Of a stretch of 64,000 bases of DNA, positions 12,436-26,478 are shown in pieces; position 1 is the first letter of the stretch, and the number at the start of each line of letters is the position of its first letter. The DNA comes from Podospora anserina. Its lineage: Eukaryota. The stretch lies in assembly GCA_017654855.1 (NCBI GenBank), contig JAFMPO010000001.1, positions 1-64,000 of the forward strand. The letters are read 5' to 3'. Made by a program: the position numbers and the translations under genes. The notes beneath the pieces are model-generated. The model had not been told where the DNA came from. It worked only from the letters and a program-made list of their open reading frames with translations, and searched no databases.

Positions 12436-13903
12436 ACCCAGCCAAAGATACAGGGGGGGTGATGTATGGAAGACTGACTGAACTTCGTTCTTTGCGGCAA
12501 CCAACAGGCCAGTCGGTATTGCTCCTGGTATGGGTTTGAACGCCTACTTTGCCTACACCGTCGTCGGTTTCAACGGCGAAAACAGTGTTCCCTTCCAAAC
12601 CGCTCTCACGGCTATCTTCATTGAAGGATTCATCTTCTTCGCTCTCGCTCTCCTCGGCATGCGCCAATGGCTCGCTCGCGCCATCCCTCGCTGCATCAAG
12701 CTCGCCACCTCTGTCGGTATCGGTCTGTTCTTGACAATCATCGGTTTGACTTACGCTCAAGGTATCGGTCTCGTCCTGCCCGGACAGGCCGTGCCCATTC
12801 AGCTTGCCGGCTGTCTCGAGTCTGACATTGCGGACGGCAAATGCCCCGACGGCGTCAAGATGCGCAGCCCCATGATGTGGATCGGCATCTTCTGCGGCGG
12901 TGTCTTCACAGCTATGCTCATGCTCTACCGCGTCAAGGGCGCCATCATCGCCGGTATCATTCTCGTGTCCATCATCTCTTGGCCCCGTGGCACCCCCGTC
13001 ACCTACTTCCCCTATACCGAACTCGGCACCAACAACTTCAACTTCTTCAAGAAGGTTGTTGACTTTCACCCTATCCAGAACGTGCTGAACGTGGTTGACT
13101 TCAACATCTCGGGTGCGGACGGCGGTGCTTTTGGCCTCGCCCTCATCACGTTCTTGTACGTCGACATCCTGGACACCACGGGTACGTTGTATTCGATGGC
13201 TCGTTACGCCAGCCTCGTCGACCCCGTCACCCAGGACTTTGAGGGCTCCACCATCGCTTACATGGTCGACTCGATCACCATTGTCATCGGCGCCATCTTG
13301 GGCACCCCTCCCGTCACCGCCTTTGTCGAGTCCGGCGCCGGTATCGGAGAAGGCGGCAAGACCGGTCTCACGGCCATGTGGACAGGTCTCTGCTTTTTCA
13401 TCTCCATCTTTTTCGCCCCCATCTTTGCGTCCATCCCGCCCTGGGCCACCGGCTGCGTGCTCGTCCTTGTCGGGTCCATGATGGTGCAAGCCGTTGTGGA
13501 CATCAACTGGAAGTACATTGGTGACGCCGTGCCAGCCTTCATCTGCATCGCCATCATGCCCTTCACCTACTCCATCGCTGACGGTTTGATCGCGGGCATC
13601 TGCCTGTATATCCTGATCAACTCGCTTGTTTGGATCATCGCCAAGGCTTCCGGCGGCAGGATTGTGCCCCCCAACTTTGAGGAGAAGGAGCCCTGGAGCT
13701 GGAGCCAGACTGGTGGTGTCATCCCTCCCTGGATGAAGAGGTTGGCGAGCGGCAAGAAGGATTTTTGGAGAAAGGAGCATGAGATTCCCGGCAGCCCTGC
13801 TTCCACCGAGGGGGTGACGGAGAAGATTGAGGGAAAGGAGGCTGGGAGTGATAAGGGGGTGAATGATGTTGTTGGCGAGGGCAAGCCTGAGAAGGTTGCG
13901 TAA
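11943..13903 (+). CDS. azgA: AzgA-type purine (adenine/guanine/hypoxanthine) permease, NCS2 family; exons 11943-12023, 12099-12397, 12508-13903
   Basis: TEFRAGLATFFAMAYIIAVNA, LPVGIAPGMGLNAYFAYTVVG, YVDILDTTGTLY, TAFVESGAGIGEGGKTGLTA, MPFTYSIADGL; canonical introns. Confidence 0.95.
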
Positions 13904-15008
13904 ACCCCGTTGCTGTGGGAGGGAGGGCGTTGGATTTTTAATTTTCTGTTGAATCATCACGAGAGTGTTTTGGAATACGGTGGGGTTATATATTGGTTTT
14001 AATGGATGGGTGGATTACCATGTCGACATGAGGAAAGGGTTGAGCTTGATACCCCTGATGCAATGAGAAAAGTTTGGAATGATGAAGCATTAGAAATATG
14101 CTGTCCAGCTGCTCATCAGATGAACATGTTTTGAGCTGTTTGCTGTTGGCGTCTGTGCGTTTCCATGACAGCCAGGAAACGCGGTGGTTGTTTGTCCAGC
14201 CAGTTAAATATACCACCTGACTTTGTAACGTTTGCTTGCCTTTTCTCGACACCGACGCCGGCGTTTGATGGAGCCTCTTTCCCGGTGTGTATGGCGATCC
14301 AAAAGTAAAATTGATGATCTGGCTCTGGATGTCGAGGAAGTGGTGAAGCCTCGAATGGGGAAAATGTTTTGCTTTTTTTTTATTTTTTTAATTTTTTTTG
14401 TAAAAGATCGTCGTCGTCCAGTTGGGCAATTGAGAGTGAGTTGAGTGATGGGAAACCTCCCGGCCAACCACGACTTCCTCACGTGCTCTGTACTTTTGCC
14501 CTTAATAAACCCAGACCGCTTGACTCGAGATTTTCTGCTTTGGTGTCAAAGGGAGATATAAATCATTTCCTCCCCGCGTCTTCGGAACCCCCCCCCCCCT
14601 TCCCAGAACTCCATCTTTTGCCTCTCGCTTCATTCGTTCGTTTGCTCGTTTTATCTCCAACCCAGCTGGCTTGGGCTTTGCTTCCCCTCATTTTGAACCC
14701 GCGAGCAGAGCGTCAAAGGTTGCCCGACGTCACCGCACCCTCAAACCCAACCGTCCTCACATTGGGGGACACCAAAGCCAACCCCTAACCCGAGTTCCCA
14801 AGTTCAACTGTTCGTGGGTGGCAAAGTCAGAAGTACCCCCTGTCAAAGACTTTCTCGAATTGTTTCAAGACAAGCCGGTGTTTACCGAATCGGGCAGCAA
14901 AGTCGAAGCTGGGCAATCCATTGGAAATATGAACAAAAGTTGAGGCCTACACGCCTCTCATCCAACTCGGCTTGACAGGCGGATCGGTCGAAAATCTCTC
15001 CACCAACA

Positions 15009-16059
15009 TGACGAATCTTCAGGTGCAGGACAGCTCTGCGGTCAACAAGCCCAACAAAAAGAAGAGCATGAATACGAACAAGGCGGTAAACAAAGAGGCG
15101 GCTCTACTTTTGCCCTCGTCCAGCTCCAGTCTTGACGATCCGGACGACAAAATATCACAGCTGTTCCGATGATTCGACCGACCTCACTCAGGACACCCCC
15201 GACGAGGAAGACATCTTGAAAACCCATCTCGATCTTCTCGATCACCAGCCTGAGCGCGATGAGCTGAACGAGATCAAGACCACTCCGGTCTTTACGGAAA
15301 GAGTCCGCAAGCATGCTCAAGGTTTTGCCGGTCGACACTCGTCGCAACAAAAGCCATTCAGCCAGTTTGGTCTCTTGGGTGGCGACCTCGGCCTCTGACG
15401 GGCATCGTCTTTCACTACGACACCTTCACCTCTGACACCGGAGGCTCGCCGTGCGAGGCCGCCTGGCTCTCCTCCAACAAGGCCATCAAGGTTCGCGTCC
15501 TGTGCCCCTGAAGCAGCGGCTCGACCCGCTCGAGTCTTTCATGGTCAGTGCCCACGCCGACGGGTACACCATGAAGGACACAAAGCCGCAACAGCAGAGC
15601 CAAAAGCCAAAGGAGAGCAAAGCCAAGGGCACCAACCGGGAGCCCCGGAGCGGCCAGCTCACCATCGTCGACTTGTCCTGTCCGTGCGTCACGGCGGAGA
15701 TGGCTTGCTCCCTGTTCAACATCTGCCTGTCACTGTTCCTCGAGCAAAAGGCCGACGATGTTGGCCGAGTGATTGCCCTGGACGAAGCACACAAGTACAT
15801 GACCAACAGCGCGGAATGCCAGGCCTTGACAGAATCCCTCCTGGCAACCATCCGGCTGCAACGCCACCTAGGAGCGAGAGTCATCATCCCGACGCAGGAA
15901 CCGACCATCTCCCCCAAACTGTTGGACTTGTGCAGCGTGACGATTGTGCACAGATTCACCTCTCCCGACCGGCTGACCGCCTTGGGGAGACACCTGGCGG
16001 GGCGTGCAATCTGGCGGGAGATTAGTGGCCCATCGCCATTGATTTCCTTCCTCCATTAG
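15009..16059 (+). pseudogene. fragmented fungal HerA/FtsK-like P-loop ATPase lacking Walker A
   Basis: Blocks in different frames: TTPVFTERVRKH..QFGLLGG, then PLTGIVFHYDTFTSDTGGSPCEAAWL..VRVLCP*, then LKQRLDPLESFM..IALDEAHKY..RLQRHLGARVIIPTQEPT..VHRFTSPD. No GxxGxGK[ST] is seen. Confidence 0.75.
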
Positions 16060-16966
16060 CACATTTCCCACCGCTCTCCCCCCTTTTCCACCCCCCATCT
16101 CCAATCACCATCACATACCTACCTCATCCCCCATTTTATATCCTTTGTGACCAAGTACATAAACTGATGTTATAACACATTCACACATATTGCCTGCCCC
16201 TTTACCACATCAGCATGTTACCCCTTTCCTGCAGCCCCCATCTGCAACCATCATGCCATCATCACCATACCCCATTCCCATTCCCATTCCCATGCCCATC
16301 CCATCCCATTACCGAGTACATCAATCCGTTATCCCATCTCCAAGGCCAATCCGTGCGCAGTAATCCGGCTTGTAGTCTGGCAGACAGCACCACATACACA
16401 TCACAATTCCCCGGGTAAACAAGCAGGAACAGTACCCCTTTTTTTTTTATAAAAAAAATGGATGTTGCTCTTCATAGGAAGAGGTCTACCTGTAGCAAGT
16501 TCCGCAGCAGGGGGTTTTCTTTGTTTGTGAAGGAGTTGGAGACTTAGCAATGGGTTTGATCCCACAACAAATCACTGCACGTACATCATGATATCGTTGC
16601 CACCAAAACAAACACCAAGTACTAGCCAGTAGAGCAAATATTCTCATAACCCCCTACCAAAAAGAAATCTATGTAACGTTCAAATGAGTATACGCCCCTA
16701 TCCTGCCTGTTTCCGTTTCAGTCCCGCCGTTGCCGCGGCCGCGCGCTCGCTCTATGGTTTCTTTGTGAAGGGGGGTATCAAATGATGTGAAACAAAAAAA
16801 AAAAAAAAAAAAAAAAACAACCAGAAAATCCTTTTTTTCCGTTTGTGCCCTTTTTTTTTTTTTGTGTTACCGGCGATGTGCAAAGTGATGATGATGATGA
16901 TGCATAGCAGTGTCCAGAACCAACAAAATGAAATAAGTCAAAAGCTATGCGATGGAAAAAGGATGT

Positions 16967-18802
16967 TTAAACAGATAGAGCGCCTAGTGAAGAATGCGAG
17001 TTGTTCCGTCTCGCCTCGTCGGCACGCATGGCCTTTTCTAGCTCGGCGGCTTGACGCTCGGCATCGGCACCTGTCATGGGTCGACCGAGTGTCAGGTAAT
17101 CGCTGTCCTCGCCCTCCAGGGACATTGGTGTGACGGGTCCGGGACTGCCGAGCGGCGCCAGACGAGGGGATTTCGGCTTCGTCTTCAACTGATTGGCACC
17201 GAAGAACCCATCAGGCCCTCCGATGGCTGCTGGAAGAGCAGCACTGTTAGCTACCACTGACCTCGCAGCCATCGTGGCCTGCGCAACCATGTCACGCTGG
17301 TATTGTTGGATACGGCGTTTGACTTCAGAGCCGGATCGGGCATGCCCTTGTTCCCGACGCAGCTTTTGCCCCTGAGACTCGTGGCCAGCCGAAGAAGCGG
17401 GCTTTGCCGGTGTCGAGGGCCGCTGCTGCTGGGAACTCTTGCCGTGGCGTCTCTCCCAGTTCGTGGGGTAGTATTTTCCAAGAGGTAACGCAATGCCATC
17501 GTGGTGGCCCATTGGGATATACGACGTTGCGGGGGTATGAGCAGTGAGCGCAGTTGTTCTCGAGCGCTCAGAAAAGGGGAAGTGATCAGTTTCGTTTCTG
17601 ATCGAGGTGCTCATGCTCATGGACAAGGGGCTCGCCGCCCGATTGGTCGTGGACTCGGCAGCCTTTTGCCAGGAGTATTGTCTGGCCATGTCGGCGTCGT
17701 TGTGGAATGGATGGGGAATAGTGACCCGGGATTGGGGATCTTCGTGGAGAGGGAAGTATCCTCTGTATTGAATGAGCGTTCAAGTCGGCACACGATTGGC
17801 CCGGTGATGGCCAGATTGACTTGAAGTTCAGGGGACCTGCTTACCCAGGGATATCACCTCGTCCTGACAAGGGGGCCGGGGGAAGCGAAGCGTCCACACC
17901 CGTAACAGTATCGTGTCTGCGAAATGATGGAATCTCGATGGCAATTGGCCTGCTTTTGCTGCTCGAACTTCCTTGGGGTGTGTCGACTGAGGGACCTGCC
18001 ACATCGGCAGAGAAACGGGCCTCGGAGTTGATATCTATACAGGCAAGTAGTCAGCATGTTGCAAGTGATCTCGTGGCTGGTGAGTGACAAAGCTTGACTG
18101 GAATGCTATGTATGACGCAGTGGGGGCATGGGGACAACCATTGCAACATCAACGGGGGTTTCAATGGAGACGGCTCGGGAGCCGCCGAAGCTGGCCGCTC
18201 CGGCTTTAAGCCTGTAGCGGGACGCCCGGTCCGCTGCAAGTAGTCTATTGCCCCCCAACAAGACGGCCAAAGAACCAGGAGGGGTTAAGCGTTGACGCAA
18301 CCACTTCAGCACCGATGCAACCGACGCATGTCTCACTGGAGAGTAGCGTTTGACGCCGCTGTGAATGCAAGCCACGCCATCCAAAGCCGCCCAGTCAAAG
18401 AATGTTGACTCTGCACCCCGGATTTGCTCGGCATTCCAGCATCATGGATCGAGGGGAAATTGGCAATTCGACCCAAGGAGAGGGTATGGGCTGTGTCGGG
18501 GTTGAATAGCTGCTGGCCGTTCACTTGTCGGGTGAAAAATGTCGAGGTAGTCAATGGAGGACAACGCGAGCAAACGTATACGTACCGGCAGTCTGGTCAA
18601 GGGAAGCCGTGAAGTTGGATGTAACACTTCGAGTTGGCGGGTTCTCGGTAGCTGGCGAGAAGGCAAACTGATCTTCGGAGCTCGATGATGCGCGAGAACA
18701 ATGGGATGCTTCTGACGAGTCTGAGTAGGTTCGTCGATGCATGGCCTGCCGCCTCAGCTGTAGAGGCAGCCTCCACGACCGGTCTGTCACAGATCGTTTC
18801 AT
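16967..18802 (-). CDS. conserved-looking fungal hypothetical protein; exons 18802-18586, 18034-17845, 17762-16967
   Basis: Phase-compatible introns (gtacgt..gctgac..tag; gtaagc..cag) join the ORFs through PLSGRGDIPGGYFPLHEDP. Also LPLGKYYPTNWE, VKRRIQQYQRDMVAQA and PKSPRLAPLGSPGPVTPMSLE. Start may be 18742. Confidence 0.8.
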
Positions 18803-21800
18803 TGGCGATGGATGTTTGAGAGTGAACTTTGCTGGAGATTGGTGTCGTCGATCGTTCGAGATAGAGGGTCAAGTTTGAACTATTTGAGGGGCTGTGTGAT
18901 GATAACACCCGGAGACAGTTTGTTAGCAAGAGAGATTCTGACTTTCTGCTGCCACACACGTTCGTCCGACGTCAAAGATCAGATAAGAAATTGAAGATAT
19001 CTCTGATGCAAGACGTGTAGGTGTGGAGAGAGCCCTGTCCTATGGGTGAAACGTCCGGGGTTGCGGAGCGTCTCCTGCCTCAGAACCTCCACTGACAGGA
19101 AGGTTCGACCGGGCCCGTCCACACGCTCAACATCTCGAAATGTTCCACAGGGTCCAAACTTTCTCCTTGCAGTCCGCATGACAGGTTGGATGACGCCCGT
19201 CACCCACGGTTCGGTCATACAGCTGTCCCGCCACTCGCCTGTGTAAGTCAAACCAAACCCACATACCGGTGTCCAGTGAGCTAATCAATGTGCGCTGCTG
19301 GCAGGTTCTTCGTGGATACACAACCCGAGCATAAATGTACGTCAGAAGTTCGAGAAAACAATGGTCAGAGTGGGTGGTCAATATCGGGTCGGTCGCAGTC
19401 GGTGACGTTCGGGCTTGCGGTCGGTAAAGGAGGGGGGTTGCCGAAGAGGAGGTGGATTCGACGACGACAACGGTTCGAGGATGATTACAAGCAAGTGAAC
19501 AGTCTGGGAACTGTCTTGTTGTGATGTCGACCTAACCGTCTGAGTTCAAGGTCATGTGTGTGTCAAGCTGGCCTGCTGACAACCCTCGAAACAAACACCC
19601 TTCGCCTCGGGTCGACAACACCAAACTGAGAAGCGCAGCGAAGAGAAAGAAGTGCCAGGGAGCCGCATGGAATTTATGGTGGGGGTAAGTGAAGCTTCGA
19701 CCTGAGTGTATCCCGCTGATACTGGCGGTTCGCTTAGACGGACGAGGGACGGTTGAAGTTGCATGGCAGGGAAAGGGAAAATGTGGGACGACGCGAAACC
19801 GCAACTCAAGAAAGTTGAAGCCGCCTGGGAACACGGCTGCATTCATATCTCTTTCCAAGAAGCCCAAAGCTGCCGGTGGTTGGAGAAGTCGGATATGCTC
19901 CATACCTATTAACAAGGGCAAGGTTCCTGCATCCTCACTGAGAGTCCACTCCCTCTCCCCCTCCTCCCTCCTCCCCCTCACTCAACCTTCTTTTTTCGCG
20001 CCGGTCCCTGATACCCTGACAACCTGTTTTTGACGGTTGTACTGTTACTTTCTTTTATGAGATCCCTGTCACTGAACCCTGATGACCCGCCACACGTTCA
20101 GGGAGCCAGGGTCCGTCCGGGCCGCCTCGTGTGTGTGTGGGACACCTGGGTTGTGGTGATGGGCTATATCGCAGTTATAACGTCACGCCCACCATCGCCT
20201 CAACGTGGAGCAAAAGACAGGGTGCAAGAACACAATCCTACGTCCTATATCGACGCAGGAAGTCCATGTATCCGATCACCTACATCGCCTCTCACATCAC
20301 GCCGAAATACGATGCTGTAGTCCTGAGCGGCGCATTTCAGAGACACAAGAACGCAAGACAGGCCTGGTATATGTACATACAGGGATGGATATTTCGCAAA
20401 ATCCTATGGCCATAACCCCACAGCACGCTAACGCAGTCCAAACGGAACGAAATGTTCCTTCTGTCGCCTCTTTCTTTTTTCTTGTTGTTTGTGTCCAGGT
20501 GGAGATGACTGACGATCCTCCCCAGAGCGGATGTGGCGCTTCTTCATTGAAAATGCCATCAGGCTATCAGCGCATATCCAAGCCATTTTCATGAGAATTT
20601 GCCTGCACTACAGATGCGTTCCGACCTTACTATCTATGCCAGTTCACCAATTCCAGACCGTGAAGAAACGCAATGTGACTCCCTTGCCCTTAGGGGAAGA
20701 GGGCTGACGACAGCTTGATCGCTGCGAACATTGTGAAGGAGGGGTGGGGTACGCAACTTCAACAAGACGTGCAGCCAAGCCATCCAACGTTTGGCTGGGA
20801 ACGAATACTGCTACATTCCCTATCGTGGCCGGCTGCATATGCCGTATAATATCGCTCATAGCGACCAAAGAAGGGTCTATCAAGCAAGCGCTGAGATAGC
20901 GGCTTTTAGGCGCGAATGCGCTTGGTGGGAACAGTCTGATACACGTGTGGACAGCCGCATCCATCGCCAAGTGGTAAATGCCCGGCGCCCGCTCGAGTGT
21001 CTGCCAAGCGGTAAGGCTCCGTGGGCTCCTCTCTTTGATGCAAGGCCCATGGGTAATCGGCATTGCTAGTCCGGAAGCAGAAGGGAAACCCGTTCCTTGG
21101 GAATATGGAATGCGAGCTTCCATGCGAGTCTTCCTATCCAGTTGTTGTACATGGGACCGACAACTTCACAGGAGTAGCTGGTCTCGCAAACCTGGACCCG
21201 GCGCAGTGGTTGGCCATGGTGAACGTCTCAACACCACGGTCAGGACCAAACCTCGCCGGTTGATGGGCGCCGCTTCCGAATGCGAGGCCCGGCACCGGGG
21301 GGAGACATCACACGCGGGGGTTCCAGCCAGGTATCCTGGAAGTGATCTGGTCATAATGGTTCGATCCGAGCGGGTTGGTTATCTCTGTCTAGCAACCCAA
21401 CGGGTGGTGCATTGCCGATCTCTCGTGGATCCTCTACATTTCTTCCACCTTTTTTTTTCTTTCTCTCCATTTGAGCGTTCACATATGTCTTGCTCGCTGG
21501 TTCGGAAAGGCCCCGCGCCGCTGGGCGACCCTACCGTCGAGGGCTTAGCCGCCGGACGGTTGCCCGCTTCTGTTGTTGATCTATCTCCTGGTGCATTACA
21601 CGGTATCCCGTTGACGGCAAGCTGCCTGGGCGGTCTTTCTTTTCTTTTTTTTTGTCGGTATGTACGGGTACTTTTTCTTGCCAGGAAAGGTTCCCAAGTC
21701 GGAGTTGCGGAGCGTGTCCCCGCTCTCCGACTCGCAAGAAAAGTTGCCTGGCTGACAGCGGTTGTGGTGAACGTTTTCCCTGTGGAAATAATAGTGACTG

Positions 21801-22797
21801 AGACTAACTGCCAGGGTATTCTAAGACAGAGTTCTCAGTCCTCTCAACACAGCAACATTCCCCGAGCAGATTCTGTTAAAACATCTCGAATGTCTGGCGA
21901 TGAAACTTTTTTTGTAGTGTCGGTGACGTCACCATCGATTGGGGAGGGATTATTTATATCTCCGTTCTGCCCCTTGCCTGGTGGTTGGCCAGGTGCCGAG
22001 CGATAAGCGAGGATCGTGAGATCCGGACGGCAGCGAGCCAACCCTGCGCATCAAAGAAGTCAGCGACCTTCATGGTCATGGTCGGTACGAGGAGATGGCA
22101 TCGGCATGAAAAACTCCACAGAATTTTCATCCTGTCCGAGTTGGTTTCGTCTATTGGCCCCCGAGATGAGGGCTAGCGCGGTGGGAAGGAGATCGACAAA
22201 TGTATCTTGTCATACATCTACCTACCTCCCAGGGACAGGTTGAGGGAGATCACAAGATGACATGGAACGAAATCTCTCCGATCTTGTCACCCCAGTAGAC
22301 GCGTGGACCGGGAGCATCTCGGGGGCTGGCCGTTTGTTTGCATGGTGCGAAGCTACACCGTTGCGTGGCCTGGTAAGTTTGTTACCGCTGTGTAAGTAGA
22401 CTACAACCCAAACTTCACTGTCTTCCTCCAACCACCAGATAGAAACGTCATTATTACCGTTGCCCAGACTGGAAAACCTGGAAAAATTACATTATTAAAA
22501 ATATTCAACAGGGTATCGGGTCGTCGCGTTCCAACCAAGAGGGGTATCGTATCGTTTTACCCAGAAACCATCATTACCATCCATCCCTACCCCTAATCCA
22601 TCACGCCCTCGCGTACCAATTCCGTCAAAAGGTTGCGCGCTTACCACGATGTGAACACCCAGACAGGACAATTCACCATGATCCCTCTTCCAACATGTGG
22701 TCCACAAAGCCAACATTGCCCCCCTGATGACTCCGCGCTCCTTTCCAACTTGCCGAAGTCACCTCCAAACACCCTTCTCCCTATCCAACCATGCCTC

Positions 22798-23320
22798 CTA
22801 AACCTTGGCCCGGCTGGTAAACCTGCTCCTCCTCTCCTTGTGCATCCACCAGTAGGTCAGGTTGGCGATGAAGCTGACGAGCCAGAGGATGGCGTTGGCA
22901 AGGACGACCCAGACGGCGCTCCGCATGCGCACAATGTCGTGGTTGCCCTCTGGGTTCTCATTGATGTACATTTTGCCAAAGATGCCAAAGAGGACGATCC
23001 AGAGGATGAAGAGCACGAGGTTCCAGACCCAGATGGCGGCGAAGCGGAGGATGTAGGGGATGCAGTAGAGGAGGGCTGTCAGGGCGGAGAGGCCGCCTAC
23101 TACTTCTGCGTAGATCTGGTATGTAATGTTAGGTTGTGAGTGGATGGGGCGGAAAAAGTGAAGATATGCGTACCCATTTGGAATCACCGCTCACGTTCGC
23201 CTTGCGGGCGCGGTCCAGTTCGACGCCATAGAGAGCGCAGACGGCAATGGCGAGGACAAACTGGCAGAAGTGGAGGATTGTGAAGAGCATATAGCTCAGC
23301 GTGAAATTCCCAATCGCCAT
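22798..23320 (-). CDS. MARVEL-type four-TM membrane protein; intron 23173-23116
   Basis: QFVLAIAVCALYGVEL..DSKW|IYAEVVGGLSALTAL..WNLVLFILWIVLFGIFGKMY..RMRSAVWV; four hydrophobic segments. Confidence 0.88.
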
Positions 23321-26300
23321 TTTGTCGTATTAGCCACTTGTATGTCGTGTGGTTTTGGTTCGTGGCTAGGAAATAGAGTTGCAAAGACGAGCGGACGGTC
23401 TGCACGTTTTATTCTAAGTGTTCCGTCTGCGTGATCAGGCGACGGCGTGAGAGGAGGTCGGGGTCACAACAGCAGAAAAAAACACAACAAGAAGAGATCT
23501 TTTTGCCAAGACGAGCCGGCGCGACGATAGTTCGCGAGCAGGCAAGTGGCTGCTTTGATCGGCGGGGACAACTGGCGGGAATGGTGGATCCCCTGTGGTC
23601 CAGAAAAATATCCAACAAGGTTTGCGAAGAGGTTGAAGCCAAGCTGAGAGAATGCAGTTGGGGTCGTCGTCTGGGCCGGTGGAAGAAGTGTTCAAAAAAG
23701 CCCTCTGAAATGGGCTGTTGAAACATGGGATGAACGTGACCGCTCCCGACATTTGTGCCAATGACGTAGCTCAGCAGCGATGCTGTCACTGACAAGGGCG
23801 GCACTTGCATCTGGGCAAGGGTTCATCTGGTGAGCTTAAGCGGTGCGCACGGACTACTTGGCAGATGCCAGCGGGGTTGTGATCCCCACCATTCAGCTCG
23901 TCTGAGATCGCGATCTCGACACTTTGCAACGTTTCGAGCTCTGATTGTTTGGCGCAAAATACCGGCAGTTTGGTTTCAGCCCAGCTCAGTTTCAGAAGCT
24001 CATCCGAATTTTACGGCTTTTCTCGCTATTGGCCCGCAGTCTGTTTCCCTGACTGACGAGGACGGAGGTCGGTCTGGGACGAATTTTCGTCAGGTTGATT
24101 GCCATTCTGATTTGACACAGACAGGCTTCGCCCGGAAACATAAACATACTCTTGATACATCCTTACAACGTGGATTTTTCCATCTTGCCTCCATCAAACC
24201 ATACCGGCCTGTTCTCACGATGAGACCAGTCGCCGCTTTCTGTCCAGGTCCTCTCGCTACTGGATGAGGCAATCATCACATTGGACCATGAGTTATACCT
24301 GGGAACTCTTTGACTCTTAGTAAAGGGCAATGGCAATGTCCTGGTGTTCAAAGTCTGAACAGGCCGACCCGCAGTCCTGAGTCGAACTCGAAAATCCATT
24401 TCACCAGTTCCACAAAACCCAGCCATGGTGAAAGCCCTACAGCCGTGTTGGCCGAGTTTCCTCATGCGGCCGAATTGCCTTCCCGGGACCTTCGAATGCT
24501 TTCTGTACCGAATGCAACCGAAACACAAGACACCTTGTGTTGACATTCCCACATGATGGGCGGACTCCAGGGATTTCCCAAGGTCCGGTAGTTGAGTTCC
24601 TGTCATACTCGGGCGGTTAGAGCCAACCAAAAACGAAACAGAGCCGCACATGGAAGCTACGCGTGGACATCTTTGAGGTCGGTGTACACTTACACTAGAG
24701 CCCCTAGTTACGCCGACGATATGTGTTGTCCAGCACATACACATGGCCTTGCTACATGTGGACATATACTACACACAGTAAATGTCCAATCATGGGAACG
24801 AATACCATGGCCAAGCATAACAAGACCAAGACTGCCCGGGCGAAGCTAGCTAATTATAGTGAGACCGAAAATGCGGCTCTGTTCGAGATCAATGAACCGA
24901 GAGCCCCGTGGAGAACGTTTATTTAAGGACAAAGAGCAGACCACGCGAAGGCCTATCGCCTCCGGAAGGTCGAGAATGCTCGATCTGATGTTTCTAGAGA
25001 GCTTACTATGGCCTCCCCTTCCTTGTTATTGTTTGATAGATCGGGCAATTCTGTCCGGTTGACAGGTCTCAAGTACCAGAGAGCAAGGACAAGAACAAAC
25101 ATCAACTGTCAGCACCAAGCTGGACCAACACGTCTCCCTCTGTACAACAGCGCCACGCAACAATGGTCTCGATTTGCCAGGGTTTCCAGTCATTCGCAAA
25201 GGTTCCCTGGCTTTGTTTCACCGGTCGTCTCTTTATCTGTCCTGTCACGATCGACTTGATGGTTTGTACTGGTATTCCAACCACGGAGCATGGATCTTGT
25301 ACTTGGCAGTCTTCTCAACCGCGCGATACAAGGGGCTCTTGAAATTCCAATTTCTACATGGGGATTTGTCGCTCGTGGGGATAGCAGGGCTAGGTCCCAT
25401 GACCGAAAGGCGCTGCAGGCTGCTCACCGAGGTGGCTGCATCTGTTTCCCCGGGAGCCGCTCACCATTCTCGCACACCACATGCTTCAACATGCTTCGAT
25501 ATATGACACAGAGAAACGTTTAACAATCGATGGACATGTACGGGGCACAAGCTGTAAGTTAATCTTGGAAGAATCTCTTTCCCAGCTCGCACATTGCTGA
25601 CACTGCATCTTGTATACAGCCTTGCCGGGTTTTGGCCCGACAGAATCCCGTCGCTTACATGTCACTCCAAGATTACGCATCTCCTACCACAGGAACCAAA
25701 TGCTATCAAACACCCAAAAGTTGCCGGCCATTTACCCTTCCGGAACTACTTGGGTGTTTTGAGCACCTCGGACCCGGCCTTTTGCTCTTGTCATCGGGTG
25801 GGTAACGCATGGACCTGGGCCCTGGGCAAAGATGAGCCCCCTTTGCCCATCACTTCTAATGTAGCCGGCGACTCAACGATGACTCCCCAAGAAGCCAACC
25901 GGAGCTGGCCATACGTCATTTTGGTTGAAGTTACACTATGGTGACCGCAGGGGGGCTATCCTCGCTTTTGGGTCCCTCTACACTTTGTGGGACCTTTTGT
26001 CTTCTCAGGGCCGACCCGGGGCTCGCTTCCACGGCATCGCCACCGTTCATAGCTCACCGAGGAGCCCATTGGCGACGGAGGCTCGCCTCGGAAGGTCTAT
26101 CGAGGTCACTGGTCTATCCCTCACCGATTTCCGCGTCTGTTGAACTACCAATCGTTCAACTTCCATGAACAAATCACATGGTGGCACTGTTGGAAATGAG
26201 GACAGTCATGGAGCAGAATGCCTCGTTCCCTGGTGGAACTGCCATCTCTTGTGCTGGTTTTCCACGGGAAATGCCAGTCGCCTTCTTTCCAAGCCACCTT

Positions 26301-26347
26301 GGAACTGAGCTGCCTGTCAAGATTGTCGTTGTCTGCAAAAAATGAAC

Positions 26348-26354
26348 TATAAAA
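26348..26354 (+). promoter_or_regulatory. TATA box of the small Cys-rich gene
   Basis: TATAAAA ~130 bp upstream of an ATG in CAACAATGG context. Confidence 0.55.
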
Positions 26355-26478
26355 CAGGCTCTACCCAGGAAGTCTATGTCTTGTGAGTATCATCAGTCTC
26401 TTGATCATCATCGCAAGATCAGCTTCGTCTTATCACATCCCAACTCAATCCCTCCTGACATCTTTTAATTTTGCAACA

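Noticed and set aside
12434-13960. 508-aa antisense ORF over azgA
   Set aside because: Typical mirror ORF of a gene with C-ending codon bias
20978-22006. 342-aa plus-strand ORF in a long intergenic region
   Set aside because: Random-looking composition, crosses poly-T tracts, no motifs; cannot be supported without expression data
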